Part shown: in pieces, positions 1 through 8,892 of the stretch | Position numbering within the stretch: position 1 is the first letter of the stretch | Layout: every line of letters starts with the position of its first letter | Source: Phycisphaerales bacterium | GTDB lineage: Bacteria > Planctomycetota > Phycisphaerae > Phycisphaerales > UBA1924 | Direction: 5' to 3' | Assembly: GCA_016699835.1 (NCBI GenBank) | Contig: CP064987.1 | Coordinates: forward strand, 1,776,876-1,840,875 | Length of the DNA: 64,000 nt | Position numbers and translations under genes: made by a program | Notes under the pieces: model-generated | What the model was told of the DNA's origin: nothing | Seen by the model: only the letters and a program-made list of their open reading frames with translations | Databases searched by the model: none

Positions 1-15
1 AGGAAGGGGGGAAAA

Positions 16-55
16 CCAAATGGCCAAAGGGACAAATGGCCAAATTACCAAATGA
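16..55 (+). repeat. Five tandem 8-nt units (CCAAATGG CCAAAGGG ACAAATGG CCAAATTA CCAAATGA); left arm of a 40-nt inverted repeat
   Basis: Read directly from the sequence. It is AT-rich against a GC-rich background. Its reverse complement recurs at 169-208. Confidence 0.8.
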
Positions 56-168
56 AAGGCGACAAGCGAGTTCCATGGCCGGCGATCACCGCGATCGACG
101 TTGGCTCCTCTCTCTACCGCCACCACATGCCCAAGGTTCCACACCACGACCCGCCTCATCTTCTCTGG

Positions 169-208
169 TCATTTGGCAATTTGGCCATTTGCCCATTTGG
201 AAATTTCC
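169..208 (-). repeat. Right arm of the inverted repeat: five tandem 8-nt units (TCATTTGG CAATTTGG CCATTTGC CCATTTGG AAATTTCC)
   Basis: Its reverse complement aligns unit by unit with 16-55. Positions 33-55 versus 169-191 match at 22 of 23 nt. Confidence 0.8.
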
Positions 209-250
209 ACACCCCCCTATCCTCCACTCCCCAGGGCTCGTGCCCGGCGT

Positions 251-338
251 GGTGGGGTGGCAGAGCGGTTGAATGCGCCGGACTTGAAATCCGGTAGGGG
301 GCTTGTCCTCCTCGGGGGTTCGAATCCCCCCCCCACCG
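251..338 (+). tRNA. tRNA-Ser (anticodon UGA), class II with a long variable arm
   Basis: Acceptor stem GGTGGGG/CCCCACC. D-loop contains GG. Anticodon stem CCGGA/TCCGG with loop CTTGAAA. Variable stem-loop is about 19 nt. T-arm is GGGGG-TTCGAAT-CCCCC. No encoded CCA. Confidence 0.9.
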
Positions 339-343
339 TTCGT

Positions 344-372
344 CTTGGTGGCCCGCCTCTCCAGAGGCGGGT
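344..372 (+). repeat. Family B palindromic element (CTTGGTGG-CCCGCCTCT-CC-AGAGGCGGG)
   Basis: A 9-bp inverted repeat lies directly after the tRNA. The same architecture recurs at about 8 other sites. Confidence 0.75.
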
Positions 373-397
373 CCTCAGAACTCTCCTCGGCCGGCCC

Positions 398-1090
398 ATG
401 AACCAACGCCAGGCACGAAGACTCACCGGTCTCCTCTTCTGGCTCGGCACCAGCCTCGGCCTCGCCATCGCGCTCACAGGCATGACCTGGTATCCCACCA
501 GACCAACGACATCACCCGTCGCCGACATCCTCTCCTTTCTCACGTCCTCGATCATCGTGGCCACGGTGATCGCCATCGTCCTGGGCACGATCCTCGGCCT
601 GGTCGCCGCCATCTCCCACACCTCGGGCCACATACCCCCCGAGGCCTATGGGTACACCACACCACGCCAGGTCGCCGACGCCCAACGCTCCACCGCCGCC
701 AAGTTCGGAGCCTTCGGCCTCGCCATGCTCCCAACCAGCGCCCTCTTCGCGCTCTCCTCGCTCTTCGCACGACACCTCTTGCCAAACTCGACGCTGGTGC
801 CCAATCACGTCCTCAGCGTGCTCGCCACAAGCGTCCTCCTGCTTGCCTCTCCCATCCTCCTCGCCATCGTCACCTGGCTCCTCGCCAAACCCCTCCGCAC
901 CTGGATCGCCAACAAGCCCCACGACGACCGCGATGATCCAGTCCCCCACTGCCAATCCTGTAACTACCCACGCACCGGCCTCGACCAAGATGCCCCCTGC
1001 CCCGAATGCGGCATGCCCTTCTCTCCACTCACTCCTCAGAATCCCGCGGCCCATGCTCCCTCGCCATCAGTTCGCTCTGCAGACGAATAG
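398..1090 (+). CDS. Hypothetical multi-pass membrane protein with a C-terminal zinc-ribbon (CQSC...CPEC)
   Basis: I trimmed ORF 101-1090 to Met100, because the upstream part reads through the tRNA. Several hydrophobic segments and a CxxC-X13-CxxC motif are present. Confidence 0.55.
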   Translation: MNQRQARRLTGLLFWLGTSLGLAIALTGMTWYPTRPTTSPVADILSFLTSSIIVATVIAIVLGTILGLVAAISHTSGHIPPEAYGYTTPRQVADAQRSTAAKFGAFGLAMLPTSALFALSSLFARHLLPNSTLVPNHVLSVLATSVLLLASPILLAIVTWLLAKPLRTWIANKPHDDRDDPVPHCQSCNYPRTGLDQDAPCPECGMPFSPLTPQNPAAHAPSPSVRSADE

Positions 1091-1168
1091 CCGCATCCTC
1101 GAGGCGATCCATACTTCAATTTCCCAGTTCAATACTGATACGCCACTGCGTATTCGCATATATTCAAC

Positions 1169-1196
1169 TTGACCAACTAAAATCGGACACTATTAT
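1169..1196 (+). promoter_or_regulatory. Sigma70-like promoter candidate: TTGACC-N16-TATTAT
   Basis: The hexamers were read in an AT-rich stretch about 40 nt upstream of the 1238 start. GGAGG lies at 1225-1229. Confidence 0.45.
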
Positions 1197-1237
1197 CCAT
1201 ATTGGTCGCTCGCAGTAGTGCTCTGGAGGCATTCCCC

Positions 1238-1882
1238 ATGCGATCGGTCATGTGTTTCATCGCGTTCATTCTGTGTTCGAGTGTTGCGCACGCAGACCTG
1301 CGGCGCGAAGCCACAATTCCAATCAACTTTGACACCTCCACACCGATTGGTGGAGTTGTGATTGCATCATTCCAGTGGATCGACATTCCTGCGGATCGCA
1401 TCCGTGCGATGAGTCTTGATGTGCTTGTGTCTCAGGATGGCGATGCGGACCTCGCCGGACTCTGGGACTGGGATGCGGATGCACCTCTCTATTTGGTCAC
1501 CCTCGAAGGTCAGGGCTGGATGCACTCCAGCGCCAGCGTGCCACCACCCTTCGACCGATGGCACATCAACGGCCAAGGCTTTGTCCATCCTCAGTTCGCC
1601 TATCTCGCACAACCCGAGTCTCCACCAACCACGTATCTCCAGCGCGCCGAACTACGAGTGATCTATGTGCCTTGGTGTGTCGCCGATTATGACAACGGAT
1701 CCGGCGCAGGCTTCCCCGATCGTGGTGTCACCATCGACGACCTCCTCTTCTACCTTCCACTCTTCGCCACTGGGAATACGAACGCAGACCTCGACGACGG
1801 AACGGCCACGGGCACGCAGGACGGCGGCATCACCATCGACGATCTCCTCTATTTTCTCACGCACTTCTACGAGGGGTGCTAA
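1238..1882 (+). CDS. Secreted protein with a C-terminal double dockerin-like module ending in Gly-Cys
   Basis: Signal peptide MRSVMCFIAFILCSSVAHA follows a GGAGG. The C-terminus reads CVADYDNGSG...VTIDDLLFYL...DLDDGTATGTQDGGITIDDLLYFLTHFYEGC*. Confidence 0.8.
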   Translation: MRSVMCFIAFILCSSVAHADLRREATIPINFDTSTPIGGVVIASFQWIDIPADRIRAMSLDVLVSQDGDADLAGLWDWDADAPLYLVTLEGQGWMHSSASVPPPFDRWHINGQGFVHPQFAYLAQPESPPTTYLQRAELRVIYVPWCVADYDNGSGAGFPDRGVTIDDLLFYLPLFATGNTNADLDDGTATGTQDGGITIDDLLYFLTHFYEGC

Positions 1883-1898
1883 CCCACTTTCTCGCCCT

Positions 1899-2453
1899 CT
1901 ACTCAATCCCCAGATCCCGAATCGTGAACAACGACTCGAACATCAGCCCCGCGCCCTCGATGTTCTCTCTCGCCCCGCCCTGCGCCTCCAACCGATCGAT
2001 CGTCGCGATCACGCCCAGCACCCGCGCTCCCGCCTCGCGCAGCACCTTGACGGCCTCGATCGCCTGCCCGCCCGTCGTCGCCACGTCCTCCACCAGCACC
2101 ATCACGTCCCCCGCGTTCACCACGCCCTCCAACTGCTTCGACGTGCCATAGTCCTTCTTCTGGTTCCGCACGAACACGCTGGGCAACCCAGTCTCCAGAC
2201 TCGCCACCGTCACCAGCGGGATCCCGCCCAGTTCCGCCCCAGCCAGCCGCGCAACCTTGACGCCCGCGCGCTCACCCATCGCCCGCACGCGCTCCGCAAA
2301 CATCGGCCCCAGTCTCCGCAGCAACTCGGGCCGCGTCGAGAAGAGGTACTTGTCCAGATAGAACGAACTCGTCCGCCCCGACCGCAGCGTGAACATCCCA
2401 CGAAGCAGCGCCACCTCCGCGATCGCCCGCGCCAGATTCTCCCGCTCGCTCAT
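1899..2453 (-). CDS. pyrE: Orotate phosphoribosyltransferase
   Basis: Translation MSERENLARAIAEVALLRG...FTLRSGRTSSFYLDKY...VMVLVEDVATTGGQ carries the PRPP-binding motif. I trimmed the start to Met44 of the ORF. Confidence 0.9.
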   Translation of the reverse strand: MSERENLARAIAEVALLRGMFTLRSGRTSSFYLDKYLFSTRPELLRRLGPMFAERVRAMGERAGVKVARLAGAELGGIPLVTVASLETGLPSVFVRNQKKDYGTSKQLEGVVNAGDVMVLVEDVATTGGQAIEAVKVLREAGARVLGVIATIDRLEAQGGARENIEGAGLMFESLFTIRDLGIE

Positions 2454-2493
2454 CGTCACGCTCCGCTTCCGCATGCCTTCCGCCTTTGTGTAC

Positions 2494-2512
2494 CCCCACG
2501 CTCCGCGTGGGG
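2494..2512. repeat. Small hairpin CCCCACGC-TCC-GCGTGGGG (family C)
   Basis: It shares the 15-nt core CCACGCTCCGCGTGG and a GTACC left flank with the hairpin at 4941-4960. Confidence 0.6.
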
Positions 2513-2670
2513 AGTTCCTCGCCGACTCCCTCTCAACAAACGCTCTTCGGTCCTCGCCCGTGAATCTAGGCAACGCCCACACGCCATCGCCCGCAGATTC
2601 TCCGAGAATTCAACCGCCAACCCGAAACAGCCCCCGCGCTCCCACCCAATCATTCATTGGGCCACACACC

Positions 2671-3708
2671 ATGGACCCAAAGGAGACCACCATGCGCACG
2701 CCCACTCGTCGCCTCTGGACTGGAGCCTTGCCTTTGAAGGCGCTCTCGCTTCTCCTCCTCGCGGGCGCACTCTCACCCATCACCCTCGCCGATCCGCCGG
2801 CTCCCGCCGCCGACCCCCTCGCCGGCCCGCGCGTCCCCGATCCCGACGCCGACCGCAAAGCCCCCACCCTCATCGAGCGCGATGCCGATGGCCACATCAA
2901 GCGCCTCGAGATCACCGCCGAGGAAGTCGCCCTCGACAAACTCAAACTCACCGCCAAGGAACGCCGCAAAGCCAACGAGATCGTCGATCGCCGGCGCGTC
3001 GGACTCGATCGCGTCGTGATTGGCAACGTCCCCCTCATCATCCGCCTGCACAACGCCGCCGAGGCCGGCGATAAGCCCGAACTCAAGTCCGCCTTCCAGG
3101 AGTTCATCCGCCTCTACGAGGCCGAGGTCGGCCAGGAAAAGGCCAAGGACCAGATCGCCGAAGTCCTCTCACGCGAGCATGCCACCCAGTTCAACGCCCT
3201 TATCGAGGCGTACTGGAAATCCATTGCCGAGGAGGCCCTCGCCGACGCCAATGACTCCGGCATCACACCCGCCGAAGCCATCGGCGCCGAGATCGCCAGC
3301 GCCATCGGCAAGGAGATCAAGCGCTCCTACGAGCGCCAGGTGCAATATCGCGCCGAGGACCTCGACCACTTCCTCGAGGTCGTCGAGGCGACTCCAAAGC
3401 AGGAAAGCACCATCCGCGCCCAGGCCCTCGAGTTCGCCCAGAAGACCCTCCAAAGGCCCACCATCGCCCAGCGCGAGGCCTTCATCAAGAAAGTCTTCGC
3501 CGAACTCACCCCGGCCCAACGTGCCAAGGTCATGAAGGAATACCTCGACCCCGCCAAGCCCGCCGCCGACACCCCCGGCGAAATGGGCGGCTCCATGGAT
3601 GGATCCATGAGCGGGTCCATGGACGGCTCAATGGACAGCGACTCCAAAGACGCCAAGCCCGCCAACACCGACAAGAAACCTGATAAGAAATCAGACAAGC
3701 CAAAGTGA
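2671..3708 (+). CDS. Secreted helical protein with an LTXXQ-like motif (CpxP/Spy-like, tentative) and a low-complexity GSMDGSM/K-rich tail
   Basis: A signal peptide follows MDPKETTMRTPTRRLW. The motif ELTPAQRAKVMKEY is present. It is a paralogue of the next gene, sharing LIERDADGH versus LVERDAEGK. Confidence 0.65.
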   Translation: MDPKETTMRTPTRRLWTGALPLKALSLLLLAGALSPITLADPPAPAADPLAGPRVPDPDADRKAPTLIERDADGHIKRLEITAEEVALDKLKLTAKERRKANEIVDRRRVGLDRVVIGNVPLIIRLHNAAEAGDKPELKSAFQEFIRLYEAEVGQEKAKDQIAEVLSREHATQFNALIEAYWKSIAEEALADANDSGITPAEAIGAEIASAIGKEIKRSYERQVQYRAEDLDHFLEVVEATPKQESTIRAQALEFAQKTLQRPTIAQREAFIKKVFAELTPAQRAKVMKEYLDPAKPAADTPGEMGGSMDGSMSGSMDGSMDSDSKDAKPANTDKKPDKKSDKPK

Positions 3709-3965
3709 GTCGCGTCGGGGCTCACACCCACTCCACGCCCGAAAACTCCCTCGCCCGTCCCGATCCACAAGCCCCCACCACGCCTCGACCTACACTTTTC
3801 GCCCGTTCCCGCCCGAGCGTCGCCGGATCCTCCGGCCTGCCGCATCCAAGCGGGAACGCACCGAAATCGCGCCCGGAGTCCGTGCCCTCGCACGAGCCCC
3901 AGGCCGCCACGTCACGACGCACACGGCCCGGCACTCCCGCGCCCGATGAAGGAAGGATCGCCCCC

Positions 3966-4901
3966 ATGCTCAGTCGCACCCGCCTGATGGCCCTCACCGC
4001 GACGGCCTCCATGGCCCTCTCGAGCCTCTGCCTCGCCCAACTCGTCCTTCCCCCCGTCGCCCCACCCCCCGAGAGCGACCCATCCTTCGAGATGCCCCCC
4101 AAGCCCATCGCCCCGCCGGTCGCGACGCCCATCAACCCTTCAAAGCCCAAGCCCGAGCCGATCGTCATCCCCGAGGGCGTGAAGTACACCTCCCTCGTCG
4201 AGCGTGACGCCGAGGGCAAACTCATCCCCCTCGCTGTCCCCACCGACTGGGCCGCCCTCAAGAACAACACGCTCCTCGACGACGCCCAGCGTCCCGCGAT
4301 CGAGAAGTATCTCGCCGAGCGCAAGGCCCACCTACGCACCATGGTCGCCCAGAACCTCGACCTCATCGAAGAGATCGAGAACGGCGCCCTCAACAAACTC
4401 AACGCCGACAACCTTGCCGATCGCAAGAATGGCGAGATGCAGCGCGTCACCAACATCGCCCGCCCGCTCATGCCCCCCAAGTCCGCACCCGACCTCGCCA
4501 AGGACCTCACCGACAAGGGCCTCTTCACCCCCGTCCAGGGCGCACTCCACAAGAAGATCACCAAGGAATACGCCGACGCCCTCCTGAAGGACGCCAACGC
4601 CGCCGACAAGAGCCAGACCCTTGTCAACACCCTCCGCTCCATCTTCAACCAGGGCCTCGAAGAGACACGCACCATCCACCAGGAGATGCTCGCCGCCGCC
4701 GCCGCCCATGCCGATGACCTCGCCGCCAAGGGCGTCCTCTCCGACTCCGCGATCGCCAAGGCCCTCAATGCCATCGACGCCAGCGCACCCCTCGCCGCCA
4801 AGGCCAAGGCCGCCAGCGACGCGCTTGCCTCCCTCTCCCTCGATCAGCGCAAGGCCATCATGACCAGCCTCGCCGAGATGATGAACAGCGCCAAGAACTG
4901 A
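3966..4901 (+). CDS. Secreted helical protein, tandem paralogue of 2671-3708
   Basis: Signal peptide MLSRTRLMALTATASMALSSLCLA. Composition is Ala/Lys/Leu-rich. The motif LSLDQRKAIM is present. Confidence 0.65.
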   Translation: MLSRTRLMALTATASMALSSLCLAQLVLPPVAPPPESDPSFEMPPKPIAPPVATPINPSKPKPEPIVIPEGVKYTSLVERDAEGKLIPLAVPTDWAALKNNTLLDDAQRPAIEKYLAERKAHLRTMVAQNLDLIEEIENGALNKLNADNLADRKNGEMQRVTNIARPLMPPKSAPDLAKDLTDKGLFTPVQGALHKKITKEYADALLKDANAADKSQTLVNTLRSIFNQGLEETRTIHQEMLAAAAAHADDLAAKGVLSDSAIAKALNAIDASAPLAAKAKAASDALASLSLDQRKAIMTSLAEMMNSAKN

Positions 4902-4940
4902 TCGCACATCCAGCACTCAACCACAAGCCCGCTCCGGGTA

Positions 4941-4967
4941 CCACCACGCTCCGCGTGGTGTTTTTTT
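4941..4967 (+). terminator. Rho-independent terminator (CCACCACGC-TCC-GCGTGGTG followed by T7)
   Basis: The hairpin and T-run lie 40 nt after the stop at 4901. The T-run overlaps the lysS stop codon on the other strand. Confidence 0.75.
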
Positions 4968-6573
4968 ACACCTCAGGCCGCATCATCGGAAACGCGATCA
5001 CATCCCGGATCGTCCGCTGATTCGTCAGGAGCATCGCCAACCGGTCGATCCCCAGCCCCATCCCACCCGCCGGCGGCATGCCCACGCGCAGCGCCCGCAG
5101 GAAATCATGGTCCATCGTGCGATACGTGCTCTCCTCCGCCGACTTGTCCGTGTCCAATCCCTTGAGTTGCTCCCTGAACTTCGCCTCCTGCACGTCCGGA
5201 TCATTGAGTTCCGTGTAGTGCGGCGCCAGTTCCATCCCCGCCACGAACAAGTCCGCCCGGTCCGCCAGGAGCGGATTCTCCCGCTTTGGCCTCGTCAGCG
5301 GGCTGATCGCGCTCGGATAGTCCGTGATGAACGTCGGCACGCTCGGGTCCAGTTGCGCCTCGCCACCCTTCTGCTTGTGCTCGAACAACTCGTTCACCAC
5401 CATGATCTCGTCCATCGCGTCGATCGCCGCCCCCAACTTCGGCTCCATCTTCTTGAGGAGCGCCCGCGCCTTGCCGCCGTCCGACATCGGGAACCCATAC
5501 GCCTTCTCGAACAACTCGGCATACGACCGCCGCGCGAACGCCTTGCCGTAATCGATCGTCAGATCCCCGAACGCAAGCACCGGCGCCGCTCCCGCCCCGC
5601 CCGCCAACTCCGCCACATACGTCGCCGCGTCACGGATGATCGACTCGGTCAACTCCATCACCGTCTCGACATCTCCGAACGCGTGGTACGCCTCCAGCAT
5701 CGTGAACTCCGGGTTGTGCTGCTTGTCCAGCCCCTCATTCCGGAAGTTCCGATTCACCTCAAAGACCTTCGGCAATCCACCCACCAGCAGCCGCTTCAGA
5801 TACAACTCCGGCGCGATCCGCATGTACAAGTTGATCTGCAGCGCGTTCATGTGCGTGACAAACGGCCGGGCCGCCGCCCCGCCCGCCAGCGTCTGCAGCA
5901 TCGGCGTCTCGACCTCCAAGTACCCGCGAGTCTCCATGAACCTGCGGATCCGCGACACGATCCGCGACCGCATCACCAGCACCGACGCCGACTCCGGATT
6001 CGCCCACAGGTCCACATACCGCTGCCGATACCGAAGTTCAACGTCCGCCAGCCCCTCGTGCTTCGCCGGCGGCGGCTGCAAGCACTTCGCCGCAGGCCAC
6101 AACTCCTGCGCCCACACCGTGATCTCCCCCGCCCGAGTCTTCATTACACGCCCCCGCGCCACCAGCACATCGCCAAGATCCGTGTACTTCGCCAGATCAA
6201 ACCCGGGCGACGCCACGTCCCGCTGGCTCACCGCCACCTGGATGTCACCCGCGTCGTCCCGCACCTGCATCCACACCAACTTCCCCTGATCGCGATGCAA
6301 CACCACCCGCCCCGCGATCGTCACGACGGGTCGCGGATCGACAAACCCCTCCGGCGGCGTCTTCCCCGCCGCCGCCACCGCCTCATCCGCGCTCGGGTCG
6401 TGACACGCCTTCGCCGCCGCAGTGCTCAACCGCTCGCCCGTCGCCAGTCCATACGGCTCCAGACCCAACGCGCGCACCCGCTCGCGATTCTCGCGGCGCT
6501 GCGCCTCCAGATGGTGCAACTCGTTCGACGACTCAGACTCTGGCTTGGGTGTTTCGCTCGACATCGCCGACAT
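4966..6573 (-). CDS. lysS: Lysine--tRNA ligase (class II)
   Basis: The translation carries class II motifs, an OB-fold N-domain, and ...FEVNRNFRNEGLDKQHNPEFTMLE...GMGLGIDRLAMLL. The start is Met35 or Met38 of the ORF. Confidence 0.9.
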   Translation of the reverse strand: MSAMSSETPKPESESSNELHHLEAQRRENRERVRALGLEPYGLATGERLSTAAAKACHDPSADEAVAAAGKTPPEGFVDPRPVVTIAGRVVLHRDQGKLVWMQVRDDAGDIQVAVSQRDVASPGFDLAKYTDLGDVLVARGRVMKTRAGEITVWAQELWPAAKCLQPPPAKHEGLADVELRYRQRYVDLWANPESASVLVMRSRIVSRIRRFMETRGYLEVETPMLQTLAGGAAARPFVTHMNALQINLYMRIAPELYLKRLLVGGLPKVFEVNRNFRNEGLDKQHNPEFTMLEAYHAFGDVETVMELTESIIRDAATYVAELAGGAGAAPVLAFGDLTIDYGKAFARRSYAELFEKAYGFPMSDGGKARALLKKMEPKLGAAIDAMDEIMVVNELFEHKQKGGEAQLDPSVPTFITDYPSAISPLTRPKRENPLLADRADLFVAGMELAPHYTELNDPDVQEAKFREQLKGLDTDKSAEESTYRTMDHDFLRALRVGMPPAGGMGLGIDRLAMLLTNQRTIRDVIAFPMMRPEV

Positions 6574-6720
6574 TCTTGGCGACCGCCACGCCCAACGCGC
6601 ACAACCGTTTCCGATCGCAACCCGGATGCACCCCAAAGAAGAGACAGGCCCCGGTGGTGCTCCGGGGCCTGCCATTCGCGTTCGAAGGAGAAACGCGGGG
6701 AGTGCGCTCGAACGATAGTC

Positions 6721-8703
6721 TCAGCACCCGGCGTTGAATCGGGCCAGGTAGTACAGCAGGTCGTCGATCGTCACGCCGCCATCCTGAGTGCCCGTCCCAG
6801 TCCCATCGTCCACGTCCGCCGAGATGAGGCCCTGGTTGAAGATCGACAGGTAGTACAACAGGTCGTCGATCGTCACGCCGCCGTCGGGAGTTCCCGTGCC
6901 CGTGCCGTCATCCACGTCGGCGACGCACACCGGCCCGCCGCACGTCGTCCCGTTGCCCTGGTACACGCCGCCCAGCGTCGCGCACCGGTTCGCCAGTTCG
7001 ATCGTGCAGAATCCGCCGCCAAAGTCGCACGCACCGGTCACAAACGTCACCGTCGCCGGATCACTCGTCACGCTCCCGCAGTCGTTGGTGATGATGCAGC
7101 GGTATCGACCGCCGCGGTCTCCGCCGCCCTCCGACATCCCGATGCGCAACTGGCTCTTGTGCGTCCCCTCATACTCCCAGAACGTCACCGAATCGAACCC
7201 GTTGCACGACTCGGGGCAGTCCGTCCACGTCCCAGAGCTCGTCTCGTGCTGCCACTGATAGTTCAGAGGCCCAGACCCCGACGCGAAGCAGTTGAGCGAC
7301 ACGCCAAAGCCCGTGTAGTTCGTCACCACGTTGTCCTTCGGCGGCATTCCGATCCGCGGCAACTCACACGCCACGCCCGTAAGATAAATCACACCCGTCG
7401 TCCCCGTGACATGACTCACGGGAAGACCCGGAGCGCACGTGTTCCGATCGTCCGTCGCGTTGATCAGGATCGCGTTCCCGTCGCCGCTCAGCCCGATCGG
7501 CTGACCGAAAGAAAACCCGCTCCCCAGGATCGGGTCCGACGGATTATCAATCGTCGCCAGATAGTCGTTCAAGAACATCGGAACGCCGCTATTGATCGAT
7601 GGCTTCCAGATAAACGGCACGCCGCCAACACACGGCCCGCCGCTCGAATACCCCACAATCCCCACCGCCGTGTTCGCGTCGTCGCTCACACCCAGCACCG
7701 CGATGTTGCACAGCGATCCGCCCAGCGTCGGATGCGTCGACGGGAATGAGCCGAGCACCGTCGGCGTCCATGTCGTCCCCGAGCCCGTCCACTTGATCAG
7801 GTCAAAGGTCCCCTGAATGCTCCCCACGATCGCCGTCCCATCCCGCGTCGGGATCGAGTTGCGATACCCACCAGTATCCAAAATTGTCTGCGAGAAGTCG
7901 GCGTTCCCGTTCACGTCCGGCCCGCCGTTCCACGTCCACACGCACAACCGACGGCTCGATGTCTCATACCCCACGATCACGGTGCCGTTGTTGTTGACAT
8001 AGTCCGCGCGTGTCGTCCCGCTCGTCAGGATGTTCCCACCCACGTCGAACGAGTCACCAGCCGAGGGCAACATCGCGAACGAACCGAGCACCGAGTCATA
8101 CCGGAACGCCCGGAATCGACCACAGATCCCGCCAAACGGCGCCACCACATCGATGTATCCGCCGCCTACCACATATTTCCCGTCGCCCGAGATGTCATAC
8201 GCGTCGTTGATAGTCGCATCACACCGCGTCGCATCAAAGAAGTTCCCCGAGCCAAGCGGAAACTCCACGTGATCGAACCCACGGATGTGCGACCATGTGC
8301 CGCCAGAGTACCGATGCCCAAGGTTCCGAATGGCACACGGCGGCGTCAGCGGCGGATTCGTACCGTTGAAGCAGTTCAGCGAGTGCCAATCCGAGAAGTT
8401 CCCCGCCTCGCCCAAGCCAACCACCGAGCCATCGCTCGACAGCGTCACGTTGCCGCCTTCCCAGAACGCGCCCGCGAGCGTCGACGTCCCGACGCCGCGA
8501 ACATACTTCTGGATCACATACTCATTGATCCCCGCGTCATACACCGGTGCCGCGAACGTGTTCCCGTCCTGGCTGATGTCCTGCGCGTTCGACAACCCCG
8601 TGTGCACGAACGAGAAATGCGGCTGCGCCACCGCGCCCGCCGCCATCGCCAAGGCCCCGGTCATTCCAACAACGCTCCACGTCCTCATGTCCATCCTCCA
8701 CAT
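6721..8703 (-). CDS. Secreted repeat protein (HAF-like repeats, tentative) with an Ig-like domain and a C-terminal double dockerin-like module ending in Gly-Cys
   Basis: A signal peptide is present. Repeated xSxDGxxVVG segments occur. The Ig-like segment reads GGRYRCIITNDCGSVTSDPATVTF. The C-terminus reads CVADVDDGTGTGTPDGGVTIDDLLYYL...ARFNAGC*. Confidence 0.8.
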   Translation of the reverse strand: MWRMDMRTWSVVGMTGALAMAAGAVAQPHFSFVHTGLSNAQDISQDGNTFAAPVYDAGINEYVIQKYVRGVGTSTLAGAFWEGGNVTLSSDGSVVGLGEAGNFSDWHSLNCFNGTNPPLTPPCAIRNLGHRYSGGTWSHIRGFDHVEFPLGSGNFFDATRCDATINDAYDISGDGKYVVGGGYIDVVAPFGGICGRFRAFRYDSVLGSFAMLPSAGDSFDVGGNILTSGTTRADYVNNNGTVIVGYETSSRRLCVWTWNGGPDVNGNADFSQTILDTGGYRNSIPTRDGTAIVGSIQGTFDLIKWTGSGTTWTPTVLGSFPSTHPTLGGSLCNIAVLGVSDDANTAVGIVGYSSGGPCVGGVPFIWKPSINSGVPMFLNDYLATIDNPSDPILGSGFSFGQPIGLSGDGNAILINATDDRNTCAPGLPVSHVTGTTGVIYLTGVACELPRIGMPPKDNVVTNYTGFGVSLNCFASGSGPLNYQWQHETSSGTWTDCPESCNGFDSVTFWEYEGTHKSQLRIGMSEGGGDRGGRYRCIITNDCGSVTSDPATVTFVTGACDFGGGFCTIELANRCATLGGVYQGNGTTCGGPVCVADVDDGTGTGTPDGGVTIDDLLYYLSIFNQGLISADVDDGTGTGTQDGGVTIDDLLYYLARFNAGC

Positions 8704-8825
8704 TCGTGCGCATCACCGTTGACAAAGTGATGGCGAGGTGATTCCAAAGTCAAAATCCACTTGGCGTTGCGCCTGGTGCGCCGCCCACACGCTCATGCTA
8801 CTGAATACCACCAATCCTGTCAACA

Positions 8826-8841
8826 TTTTCTCTAGAGAAAA
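8826..8841. promoter_or_regulatory. Perfect 16-bp palindrome TTTTCTCTAGAGAAAA (operator candidate)
   Basis: Read directly from the sequence. It lies between the rrf2 stop and the start of the 6721-8703 gene. Confidence 0.4.
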
Positions 8842-8892
8842 CTCTATGGACAATTGCCCGGTGTAAACACCGGGTATCAGCCGCTCACATGG

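Noticed and set aside
101-397. Upstream part of ORF 101-1090 and the other ORFs across 36-406
   Set aside because: They read through the tRNA-Ser gene and the 8-mer repeat arrays.
251-400. tRNA-Ser as an integration site of a genomic island
   Set aside because: I did not notice a second copy of the tRNA 3' end or an integrase gene in the window. I cannot exclude one to the left of the window.
5107-7749. 880-aa + strand ORF spanning lysS and the adjacent repeat-protein gene
   Set aside because: It is an Arg/Pro-rich shadow ORF that crosses an intergenic region and overlaps two well-supported minus-strand genes.
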